The notes under the pieces: generated by a model | Database searches by the model: none | Told to the model about the DNA's origin: nothing | The model's input: the letters and a program-made list of their open reading frames with translations, nothing else | Program-made: the position numbers and the translations under genes | Assembly (NCBI GenBank): GCA_021818925.1 | Contig: JAKASU010000001.1 | Location: 1,478-65,477 of the forward strand | Origin: Candidatus Micrarchaeota archaeon | GTDB lineage: Archaea > Micrarchaeota > Micrarchaeia > Micrarchaeales > CABMGC01 | Reading direction: 5' to 3' | Length of the DNA stretch: 64,000 nt | Shown: one piece after another, positions 54,475-63,800 of the stretch | Position numbering within the stretch: position 1 is the stretch's first letter | How the letters are laid out: every line of letters begins with the position of its first letter

Positions 54475-56295
54475 TTACTTATACAGCGGCGTGCCGTTCT
54501 TGTAGCTCAGAATCTTGTATATCGCAAACGTGTAATTCCAGCCAAACTTGTCGTAAGGCGCTGTGACTATCGGGCTCATCGTGTAGTTTGACATTATCTT
54601 TGAGCATCCGGGTGTCGTGTTGTCCAGCTTGTACCCGCCTGTGTTTATGACGCAGTCCAGGCTGTACTCGAAGTAGAGGCATCCGTGCGAAAGGTTGAGC
54701 AGCTCGCTCTTCAGGGGCGGAATGAGTATCCAGTCCGCATAAATGTTGCTCACGTTCAGCACCTGCCAGAGCGGAGGCTCGTAGGTGAGCACGAAGCAGC
54801 TGCGCGGGATGAGCGTGTAGTTGCCCTCTATTATCTGCTGCTGGAAGCGCTCTGCCGAGAACGGGTAGATGTCCTGGGGCGGTTTCATCACAGTCGTGGT
54901 GATCTCGAACGCTAGGTCTGACACCATGAACACAAGCAGCGCCAGGGCCACGAGCATGATCAGCCTTTTCCTGTTTTTCGCTTTTCCAGCCCCTGCCGGC
55001 CTCTTCCTCCTCTTTGCGGCTTTCTTCCTCGCTGCGGAAAGCATGCCCACTATGCCGCTCGACGCCAACATTGCAACAGCGGGGAACGCAAGCATGAAGT
55101 ATCTGACGTCGTCTCCCGCGCTGTACAACACGCTGCCGCCGTAGTAAGAGGTGTAGAATAAGAAAACGATCGAGAACCAGAACAGGAATATCGCCGCTTC
55201 ACGGGTCTTCCCGCCCCTCCAAAGAACTATGGCCCCTATTGCGGCCAAGAGCGTGTATGCTAGGGGAAACTCTATGTTGTAGGTCTCCCAGCCCGTAGGC
55301 GTCAGTATGCTGCCGTAAGCGCCGAACCAGAACAGCACGTTGACCGGAGCATTCGCGACCAGGTTGCCCAGGGAGATCCTGGACTGGCCCTGCTGCGCGC
55401 CAAAGTTGTTCAGGTTCCAGCTGTTGTATACGAATATCAGCTGGGGCAAGATCAGCAAAGCCAGGAAGATGACAAGGCCCACAACGGTCATGCGATGCTT
55501 CTTCCCCTGCTTCCCGATCAACTCCCGTCCGAGCGCCAAGAAGATCGCGAGCGCTATCGGCAGAATCAGTATTGCGTCGACCTTCATTATCATGGTGTAG
55601 GCGATTGCCACGCACGCAGCTATTCCGACAACCTTCCTCTTCCCACTCAGGTATGTTAGAAGCAGCGACACCGCAAGCATGAAGACTGTCAGCGTAGGCG
55701 TGTCTAGTATCGTGGATCTGGAAAAGGTGAGGAAGAGCGGGGTGAACGCGAAGAGCGCGGCCGCAACAAGCGCGGCGTCTCCGTTGTCGAGCAGCATGAG
55801 CGCAGAGTAGAAGACCAGCGCTATGGTTATGCACGAGAGCAGCAGCACGAGGTTGAATCCTGTGCCGAAGCCGATGCCGAAGATCAAGAACGCGACGCTC
55901 AACATCGTGGCCCACCCGGTGGGCTGCTGCAGCAGCCCTGCGGTGCCGGCGACGCAATGCGGTTCCAGGGAGAAACTGCATATGCCCGCTATGTGGTCGT
56001 AGATCATCGCCTTAGCGATGCTCATGTGTATTGCTTCGTCGTTGTAAAGCTGCTGCGTCGCCGGGACAAAAAGAACCTCAACTACCAGGAACACGGCAAT
56101 TATCGCAGCCAAGACAGCAAGGCGCTTCCTTCCCGCAACGGCTGCGTTTTTGGCCACGTACTTGAACGCAATCGCGCTGGAAGCGACAAGCGCGATCAGC
56201 AGCCCAATGTCGTAATAGAAGTAGAACACCTCTCCGTTGCCGTATTCGAATATGCTCAGGAAACTGCTAAGCGCTTGGAGGAGAATATGGATCAC
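54475..56295 (-). CDS. GT-C fold glycosyltransferase (PMT/ArnT-like), paralogue 4
   Basis: The first-loop motif is LYNDEAIH and the C-terminus is ..FAIYKILSYKNGTPLYK. GTG 56295 overlaps the upstream stop (GTGA). The track start 56511 would run inside the upstream gene. Confidence 0.7.
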   Translation of the reverse strand: MIHILLQALSSFLSIFEYGNGEVFYFYYDIGLLIALVASSAIAFKYVAKNAAVAGRKRLAVLAAIIAVFLVVEVLFVPATQQLYNDEAIHMSIAKAMIYDHIAGICSFSLEPHCVAGTAGLLQQPTGWATMLSVAFLIFGIGFGTGFNLVLLLSCITIALVFYSALMLLDNGDAALVAAALFAFTPLFLTFSRSTILDTPTLTVFMLAVSLLLTYLSGKRKVVGIAACVAIAYTMIMKVDAILILPIALAIFLALGRELIGKQGKKHRMTVVGLVIFLALLILPQLIFVYNSWNLNNFGAQQGQSRISLGNLVANAPVNVLFWFGAYGSILTPTGWETYNIEFPLAYTLLAAIGAIVLWRGGKTREAAIFLFWFSIVFLFYTSYYGGSVLYSAGDDVRYFMLAFPAVAMLASSGIVGMLSAARKKAAKRRKRPAGAGKAKNRKRLIMLVALALLVFMVSDLAFEITTTVMKPPQDIYPFSAERFQQQIIEGNYTLIPRSCFVLTYEPPLWQVLNVSNIYADWILIPPLKSELLNLSHGCLYFEYSLDCVINTGGYKLDNTTPGCSKIMSNYTMSPIVTAPYDKFGWNYTFAIYKILSYKNGTPLYK

Positions 56296-58196
56296 ACGCT
56301 CCGCCTTCTTGCGCGTCCGCGCTGCCGACTGCGCCTTGATCTCATGAATATGTAAGCGTAGGCTGCCGCCAGAGCCGCGGTGAGCGCAACCAGCTCGTAG
56401 ACCGGGTTTATGCTGAGGTTTGATATGGCCGAGAGGCCGGAGGCGCAAGTATCGCGCGAGCTGTAGATGTAGGCGAACTGCCTGATTGCGGAGATGTTGC
56501 GCTGGCCGCATATTGACAGGTTGTATATCTCAACCGATTCCGAGAACGGCGTTCCTGAAGAGGAGAAGACCGAGAAGGCGCTGTTGTAGCCCTTCCCTAT
56601 GCTGAGGTTGTAAAAGTCGACGCCAAGCGAATCGCTTATATTGACTCCGAAATCCCTGGTGCCGGTCGGCTCAAGAGTCAGGTTGCTGAAGGTCACCCCT
56701 CCGGAATCTGCCACATCAATCCCATTCCCCCCAACGTTGCAGTTGCTTACGAAGACATTGCTGGAGTTGGTTACCACTATGCCTACAACTGTGTCGTTTA
56801 TCACCCCGCGCCTGCAGTTGATAGCTATGTTGCTTCCCCTGACAACGACTCCCACAGAGCATGCCGCGTTAACCAGCTGCGGTGTGGCCGGCGCAGCTAT
56901 GGGCTGAAGGACGCCGCCTACCATGTCATAGGTTCCGCTCCTGTTCACTATGATATCCGACATCGGTATTGTGAGGTTGTTTGCAAGCGCGCAGTATCCC
57001 AGCCCGAAGCTGAACGAAGGGGTCGTAGAATCCTGTATGAATGAGCCCAGGCCGGGGATGTATCCCTGCGCTGTCATGATGGAAGAGTTTATGCCCAGCG
57101 CTGCCTGCGACGTATAATTGACAAAGTAGAAGGCGGTGCCATTCGAGGTGAAGTTGGGCGCCGAGCCCGGGCGCACGAAGGCCTTGTACAGCACCGAACG
57201 GTTTCCCACTCCCCCCGAAACCGGATTGGTCGAGAACTCCGACGGGTCATACCTATACAGGTAGTCTGTGAAGTTCCAATTCTCATCCTGCGGAGGGATC
57301 GCAACCACATACCGTATCTGTACAGAGCTTGTGCCGTTGTCCGGGAGTATCTGGAAGTTGAACGGAGGGTATATGGGCTGTATGTACATGGGAGTGAGGT
57401 TGGTGTTCCTTGTTATGTTGAGCCTGTACGTCACCAGCTGGTCGTAGGCGAGGAAAGAGTAGTCTATCTCGTACGGATTGTATCTCACAATCCCGCTCTT
57501 TGAGAGCGTGTAATCCGACAGCGCAAAGACCTTGTACCCCTTTATCTGCCCGTAGCGCGTGGTCGAGTAGTTAGTGGGTATGTTGCTCTGCGCCATGTTG
57601 TATGCGCCCGCTGGCACCCTCTTCTGTAGCGCAGAAAAGACGCTGCTGAAGTTATTGATGAAGAACTCGTTCATCTGCAGCTCTGTGTTGTTGTATTTGA
57701 AGGTGCCGTTAAGCAGCGGAAATATGTACGAGAATCCTGCGGCTCTTGAGCCGAAAGCGCCTGTGCTGTAGCCGAAAGGCTCGAACACGTTCACGCGCAG
57801 GTAGTGCATGACCGTTATGTTTGCGCCGCTGCCTTCAAACGTGGGCGCGAATTTCGGGTTGTCGGAGCCCATTATGTACAGGCTGGTGCGATTGCCGAGA
57901 GTGATGCTGGGCCCGTCTACCGTGCAGTTGCGCAGGTAGACGGCGTAGTCTCTGCCTTCGGCCACAACCTGCGAGTTGGAGCCTATTGTTGCGTTGCTGT
58001 TGCACGCTACTCCGCTGTTGGACACGCCGCTGTCAAACATCACATTGAGCTGACTGCAGTCGCTTCCGGAGAAGTTGTACGTCTGGTTGCTCGAGCTCAG
58101 TACGGCTGTGCACGCTTGCGAGGCGCCAACGCTCTGCGCCCTTAGGATAAAAGTCAGTAAGAGCGCTGACAGTATTAGCAAATGGCGTCCTTGCAA
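56292..58196 (-). CDS. Secreted, C-terminally anchored right-handed beta-helix (PbH1-like) protein
   Basis: It has a signal peptide ending ..ILRAQSVGA. Beta-helix repeats read ..VVVRGSNIAINC..GIVVTNSSNVFVSNCNV..GIDVADSGGVTFSNL... The C-terminal TM plus Arg-rich tail is present. I counted 29 N-X-S/T sequons by hand. Confidence 0.7.
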   Translation of the reverse strand: MQGRHLLILSALLLTFILRAQSVGASQACTAVLSSSNQTYNFSGSDCSQLNVMFDSGVSNSGVACNSNATIGSNSQVVAEGRDYAVYLRNCTVDGPSITLGNRTSLYIMGSDNPKFAPTFEGSGANITVMHYLRVNVFEPFGYSTGAFGSRAAGFSYIFPLLNGTFKYNNTELQMNEFFINNFSSVFSALQKRVPAGAYNMAQSNIPTNYSTTRYGQIKGYKVFALSDYTLSKSGIVRYNPYEIDYSFLAYDQLVTYRLNITRNTNLTPMYIQPIYPPFNFQILPDNGTSSVQIRYVVAIPPQDENWNFTDYLYRYDPSEFSTNPVSGGVGNRSVLYKAFVRPGSAPNFTSNGTAFYFVNYTSQAALGINSSIMTAQGYIPGLGSFIQDSTTPSFSFGLGYCALANNLTIPMSDIIVNRSGTYDMVGGVLQPIAAPATPQLVNAACSVGVVVRGSNIAINCRRGVINDTVVGIVVTNSSNVFVSNCNVGGNGIDVADSGGVTFSNLTLEPTGTRDFGVNISDSLGVDFYNLSIGKGYNSAFSVFSSSGTPFSESVEIYNLSICGQRNISAIRQFAYIYSSRDTCASGLSAISNLSINPVYELVALTAALAAAYAYIFMRSRRSRQRGRARRRSV

Positions 58197-58468
58197 TCAC
58201 GCACCCCGCATCTCATCCATGTGACATCCTCCCGCCCCTAAAAGCGTGGGCTTCCCTGTTTGTTTTTATGGAAACGACTTGGAGAGTATGTTCTCGTTTC
58301 CCCGCCGTTTATTTCAGCCTTCAGATTATTAGGTTTTTCGCAGTATCTGCGGCCAAGCCCGTCTCCATTTTTCACTCTCGCTTTCATCCACTGCTGAAGC
58401 GCGTGTGGTTTCCAGTTCCGAAGGTTTTAATCTCTTTTCTCGCTGTATTCCCGCCTGCGCTTATCCAA

Positions 58469-58476
58469 TTTAAATA
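58469..58476. promoter_or_regulatory. TATA-box-like TTTAAATA upstream of the DUF1761 gene
   Basis: The sequence aatttaaata is near-palindromic and lies about 22 nt upstream of GTG 58498. Confidence 0.4.
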
Positions 58477-58497
58477 GATTATGCTCCAAACTCCACT

Positions 58498-58905
58498 GTG
58501 TTCGAGTTATCGATAAATTTGGCCGCGGTCTTGGTTGCCGCCGCCGCCGCAACGGTCTTCAGCGCAGCCTGGTACTCGCAGCGGCTACTTGGCGTAGCGT
58601 GGCTCAAAGAAGTCGGGAAGAGCTCGGCGGAGATCAAGAAAAAGATGCATACGAAACTTGCGGCCGCCTTCGCCACAGTGCTTATAACCTCTGGCGTACT
58701 TGACGTATTCATCAGGTCTGTCGGAGCCAACACAATCGCGCAGGGCATGCTTGTGGGCCTAGTCGCATGGTTCGGGTTCAGGCTTAGCAGGCACTGGATA
58801 GCCACGGTCTTCGGTACCTCCTCCGCAAAGCACTTCCTGCTAAACTCTTTTCACGATCTGATTCAGTTCCTGATTCTGGGGGCCGTCCTCGGGTTCATGG
58901 GTTAG
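58498..58905 (+). CDS. DUF1761 membrane protein
   Basis: The sequence ..VLVAAAAATVFSAAWYSQRLLGVAW.. shows the DUF1761 pattern with 4 TM helices. The exact start is uncertain (GTG 58498). Confidence 0.65.
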   Translation: MFELSINLAAVLVAAAAATVFSAAWYSQRLLGVAWLKEVGKSSAEIKKKMHTKLAAAFATVLITSGVLDVFIRSVGANTIAQGMLVGLVAWFGFRLSRHWIATVFGTSSAKHFLLNSFHDLIQFLILGAVLGFMG

Positions 58906-58911
58906 AGATTC

Positions 58912-60660
58912 ATGGCCACCCACCGCGCTGGAAAAACCCCCGTGATGTTTGCAACCAGCGTAAAAGGCATAGCCGCGCGTTTGACAAAATATCCCTATCT
59001 CGTCCTTCTTGTGCTCGTTTCGGCGCTCGGAATAGCAGTAAGCGCGGCAACAGTCTTGGGCCCCGGGCCCTTCCTTGACTTCTGGGACGATTTTTACTAT
59101 GTCTACTTCTCACACTACATAGCCGTGCAGGGGTTCCAGAACATAGTCAGGGCAAACTTTGTGACCGAATACCTGCTGTCAGGAATTCCTGCAATCTTCT
59201 TCAGGCTTTTCGGCGTGAGCCTTCTGAGCGAAGGGCTGTTCAGCATGTTCTGCCTTGTGGGCGTCATAGCGTGCATATTTCTTATTGCAAAGTTGCTGCA
59301 CAACGAGCTCTCCGGCATCATCTCGGCGCTCAGCTTCATCTTCATTCCGCTCGTGGCTGCGGAGGGAGCCGCTTCCGGTGATAACATGGCGGTTGCGTTC
59401 TTCTCCACTCTCGCTGTGCTCTTGCTGCTGCTTGGGGTCAAGGAGAAGAAGCGGTCTTATTACGCTCTTTCCGGGTTCGTCGGTGTTATCGGCGCGCTTG
59501 CAGGAAGCGCGCTCAACGTAACCATATTCCTCTTCCTGATACCATGCCTTCTCTACCTGCTGTTCAGGGACAGGGGCAGGGAGCAGAGGCTGCGGACAGT
59601 GTTCTTCTTCTCAGGCATACTGCTTGCCGTATTGGCAGCCATGGCCTTAGGCTACGTGCTGCAGTCAGACCCCCTGATCTTTTTTGCTACGAACTTCGGC
59701 CCAGGCAGCTACCCAGTTTCACAGTCGCCGGCATTCGCCAGAGCGGTCTCGGTCCTCTTTCCGCAGCAGCCAGCATACGGCAGCAATGCGCAGTTCTTCT
59801 GGCCGTACGAGCTCGGCTCCGGAGTCATCTACCCGAATGTGATAGGCTTCTTCGGGTACGCAATGGCCGCAAGCGCGATCTACCTGCTTATAAGGAAAAA
59901 GTACAAGGTTCTGGTTCCGCTGGCGTGGTTTGGCGTGCTCTTCCTCTACCTGGCATTTGGAAAGGACAGCCTGTCACTAGGCGGCTACATAATCTTTGTT
60001 CCGAGATTCCTGATAATCCTGATGCCGCCCCTGTCCATCACAATCGGGCTCGGGCTGAGCGTGCTTGCTGAGAGCCTGCTGCTAAACGTGAGAAGGCGCA
60101 GAGCAAGTTGGAGGTCTGCGGTCTCGGGCATTCTGATGCCCGCGCTCACTATAGCGTATGTTCTGCTCATAGCAAACTCGGTTCTTCTTATGCGGTTCCT
60201 GAATTACGCAAACTACGTACTCACCTACCAGACATCACAGACCGCAAGCGAACTTGCCTCGCTTCCAAAGAACGTTTCCATATACATTACCACCGGCATG
60301 TCCGGAGTTCCCGGTCCCAGCGGTTTCCCCACGCCGAACCCCTACGGCATAGACAACGTTACCGAATACATTCGGGACACAAGCTTCCTCTACTGGTTTT
60401 CCGTAGAGGATTATGCCGGATATGCAATCCCTATCAACTACTCTGCAATTTTCACCAACTGCAGCGCGATAAAAGGCGATTATGTTATAGGTGTAAACAC
60501 TACCGTGTATGAGAACGGCCTGCCTCTGTGCAGCAACCTTGAGCCTGTCTTTTCTCCGCAACTACAGCAAGCATCGCAGACCGCTTACAGTCCTTACTAT
60601 ACTTACTATAGGTATGTAAAAGACAACGTGCTGTTCAGGCTCTACAAGAAGGTTTCATGA
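58912..60660 (+). CDS. GT-C fold glycosyltransferase (PMT/ArnT-like), paralogue 5
   Basis: The first-loop motif is DFWDDFYY, and the protein is polytopic. The C-terminus is ..VLFRLYKKVS. Confidence 0.7.
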   Translation: MATHRAGKTPVMFATSVKGIAARLTKYPYLVLLVLVSALGIAVSAATVLGPGPFLDFWDDFYYVYFSHYIAVQGFQNIVRANFVTEYLLSGIPAIFFRLFGVSLLSEGLFSMFCLVGVIACIFLIAKLLHNELSGIISALSFIFIPLVAAEGAASGDNMAVAFFSTLAVLLLLLGVKEKKRSYYALSGFVGVIGALAGSALNVTIFLFLIPCLLYLLFRDRGREQRLRTVFFFSGILLAVLAAMALGYVLQSDPLIFFATNFGPGSYPVSQSPAFARAVSVLFPQQPAYGSNAQFFWPYELGSGVIYPNVIGFFGYAMAASAIYLLIRKKYKVLVPLAWFGVLFLYLAFGKDSLSLGGYIIFVPRFLIILMPPLSITIGLGLSVLAESLLLNVRRRRASWRSAVSGILMPALTIAYVLLIANSVLLMRFLNYANYVLTYQTSQTASELASLPKNVSIYITTGMSGVPGPSGFPTPNPYGIDNVTEYIRDTSFLYWFSVEDYAGYAIPINYSAIFTNCSAIKGDYVIGVNTTVYENGLPLCSNLEPVFSPQLQQASQTAYSPYYTYYRYVKDNVLFRLYKKVS

Positions 60661-60788
60661 AGCGGCGCGCCCCATAGCCGCATCTGTCACATTTATGGAA
60701 TTCAACTGACGCCGTATTCGCAATAGCCGATTGTCAAGGTTTCTGCAGTTTCCGGTTCCAAAATCCTCGATAGCATGACATACAAACG

Positions 60789-60796
60789 TTTAAATA
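60789..60796 (+). promoter_or_regulatory. TATA-box-like TTTAAATA upstream of the giant surface-protein gene
   Basis: The octamer tttaaata ends 37 nt upstream of ATG 60834. Confidence 0.45.
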
Positions 60797-60833
60797 CATT
60801 AGTAATGCAACTTAGCATAGGGTCAGTGCTAAC

Positions 60834-63800
60834 ATGCCGAAAAGGTCAGTAAGGCGCAGGACTGCAGGCGGGCGCAGGGGAGTCAAAAAGGCGCAGTCGG
60901 CACTGGAGTATCTGCTTACTTACAGCTGGGCCATACTGCTTGTGGCAATCGTTGTATCGGTTCTCTATCTCTTCGTGTTCGCTCCATCAAACATAACCCC
61001 CAGCAGCTGCATCTTCACAGGCGGCACGTACTGCCAGGACGTTGTCTTCAGCTCCAACAGCGCAGGCACAAGCATGGCACTCTTCCTGACCAACACGCAG
61101 ACGTACGCGATAGCAAACCCGGAGGTTACGCTCAACTACAGCGGCACATCCACCACGTCCTCGTGCTCGCCGAGCCTGGTTCTGCAGGGAGGCGCGATAA
61201 TCTGTAATGTCAATGTGGCTATAAAGGCGATCTCTCTGGGTTCGCTGGCTTCGGGAAAGATAGTGCTCAGCGCAATACCGTGCCCGAGCGCCGAGCTGAG
61301 CGCATGCTCCTCGGGCCAGAGGCAGTCGTACACAGGATCGTTCAACACCCACGTCTCGCCGCTACTCTCATCAACGCCATCATCGATCAAGGTAACGGTA
61401 CTTAACAGCACCCAGGCAGCGAACGGCAACAGGGATCTTATAACCGCTACCGTCCTGCTTCTAGGCAACCCTATAGGCGGCGCCTCGATAAGCTTCACCG
61501 AGTCGAACACCTTCGCGACCCTGGGACCCAGCGCCACCACCTCCGGGAGCAACGGCCAGGGATATGCATACATCTCGAGCACGCAGAGCGGCAACACCAT
61601 AGTAACAGCCACGTTTGCGGGCCAATCCGACACCGTGCCAGTAAGCTTCGTCGCACCCGCTCTGACCACAATAAGCATCGGCCAGGATGTTATCAATACC
61701 GTATGCTCCGGAAACAGCGGCACGTATGTCATTACGATAGACGGCCAGAGCTATTCCTGCTCGCAGCTCCCATTGCACTTCTCATACAGCCCCGACACCC
61801 AGCACACCTACGCATGCATCTCCCCGATACCCGGGCCCGCAGGCACGCAATATGTGTTCAGCTCGGTCAGCGGATGCGGCGTCTCAGGCGGCCAGTCAGG
61901 AACGTTCACGGTGGGCGGCTCAGGCTCGAGCTGCTCGATAAACTGCGAGTACCAGACGCAGTACTCTCTTGTCGACTCCGCAAGCCCCAGCAACGGAGGC
62001 AGCGTCTCTCCTGCAGGCCAGTTCTACAACTCCGGCCAGAGTGTGGGGATAACCGCCACCCCGGCTTCCGGATACGGATTCGTTAGCTGGTCAGGAACAG
62101 GCTCAGGCAGCTACAGCAGCACAACGTCAACCACGGGCACAATCACGCTCAACGGGCCGATAACCGAGGTCGCAACATTCGTACTGCTTACCACGATCAC
62201 CAACGCCGCGACCAACGCCGCGACCAACGCCGCGACAACCGTCACCAACGCGGTCACAAACGCGGTCACCAACGCCGCGACCGCAGTCACCAACGCGGTC
62301 ACAAATGCGGTCACCAACGCGGTCACAAATGCGGCTACCTCAATAACCAACGCCGCCACCAATGCCGCGACCAACGCAGCCACCAGTGTAACGGTCATAA
62401 CCAACGCAGTCACCAACGCCGCAACCAACGCCGCCACCAACGCCGCCACAAACGCGGCCACCAGTGTAACTGTCATAACCAACGCAGTCACCAACGCCGC
62501 AACCAACGCCGCCACCAACGCCGCCACAAACGCGGCCACCAGTGTAACTGTCATAACCAACGCAGTCACCAACGCCGCAACCAACGCCGCCACCAATGCC
62601 GCGACCAACGCAGCCACCAGTGTAACGGTCATAACCAACGCAGTCACCAACGCCGCAACCAACGCCGCGACAACCGTCACCAACGCCGCGACAACGGTCA
62701 CCAACGCCGCGACAACCGTCACCAACGCCGCGACAACCGTCACCAACGCCGCGACAACCGTCACCAACGCCGCGACAACCGTCACCAACGCCGCGACAAC
62801 CGTCACCAACGCCGCGACAACGGTCACCAACGCCGCGACAACGGTCACCAACGCCGCGACAACGGTCACCAACGCAGCCACCAACGCAGCCACCAACGCA
62901 GCCACCAACTTTGCAACTGCTCTGAGCAACAACTGTGGCGGAAGCACACCTTGCTGCGAGACAGACTCTAACCTAGATTGCGGCTACTCCAACACCTGCC
63001 CTGCGGGCTGGGCCTGCCCCGGATCCAGTGGTACGTGCGTCAATGATTTCCTGTACAGTGGAGGCAACTGCTACCTTTACAGCTGCAGCTATCATCCTGG
63101 AGGACTGACCGGCGAGATAGTGTACTGCACCTCAACCACAGCGGTCACCAACGCCGCCACCTCTGTCACCAACTCAGCCACCCACACAACCAACGCCGCC
63201 ACCCACACAACCAACGCCGCCACCCACACAACCAACTCGGCCACTAGCACAACCAACTCGGCAAGTAGTTCTGGTTCCGTGTACGGAAATGCCACGATAT
63301 CCCTTGCAAACGGCACAACGATAAATGCGTCAGACGTCAGGGCGGGGATGGTGCTGCTGTCTTATGACTTTGTCGATCATAAGCTGGCGCCTTCGATAGT
63401 GGCCGGTACGTACGCAATCCAATCAACGAACAGGTACCTGTTCAACCACAACCTGAGCGTGGACGGCAGCGAAGTGATGCTCATAAACGGTGTGTGGGCT
63501 CGCGCGTCCACGGCGAAGGTGGGAGACACGCTCTTCGACCCGCAGCTCAGCGACCCCAACGTGACGATAACTTCCATACAGGTGTTCAACTACACTACCC
63601 CAAGGACCGTCTACGATTTCGTGGGCTCGCCATTCAACAACTACATTGCGGACGGCTACCTGATAGATGTACTTTCAAGCTCTCCTAACTCCGTAAGCCC
63701 GCTCGGCATGGTTTCGCTGGCTGCAGGCGGGGCCGAGCCGCTGTACAAAGTAGCTATTGGCACCCTGGTTCTGGGCTATGATAATGAGACAGGCAAGCTC

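Larger units (their letters stand above)
62190..62909 (+). repeat. In-frame low-complexity tandem-repeat region encoding about 240 aa of T-N-A-(A/V) units
   Basis: The base unit is ACC AAC GCN GCN (12 nt), with higher-order 78-nt and 21-nt repeats nested in it. Confidence 0.9.

Noticed and set aside
56296-56511. N-terminal extension of track ORF 54475..56511
   Set aside because: It lies inside the 3' end of the beta-helix gene in another frame and is Arg-rich and low-complexity. GTG 56295 gives a GTGA overlap and a hydrophobic GT-C N-terminus.
62190-62909. Possible CRISPR array, given the regular short repeats
   Set aside because: The repeats are head to tail with no spacers and have 12-, 21- and 78-nt periods that are multiples of 3. 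They sit in frame inside a long ORF, and no cas genes are present.
62111-62947. A 278-aa minus-strand ORF in the track encoding (ALVAALV/VTVVAAL)n
   Set aside because: It is the antisense reading of the plus-strand T-N-A repeat array. It exists only because the repeat lacks stops on both strands. The plus-strand frame is continuous with recognisable domains on both sides.
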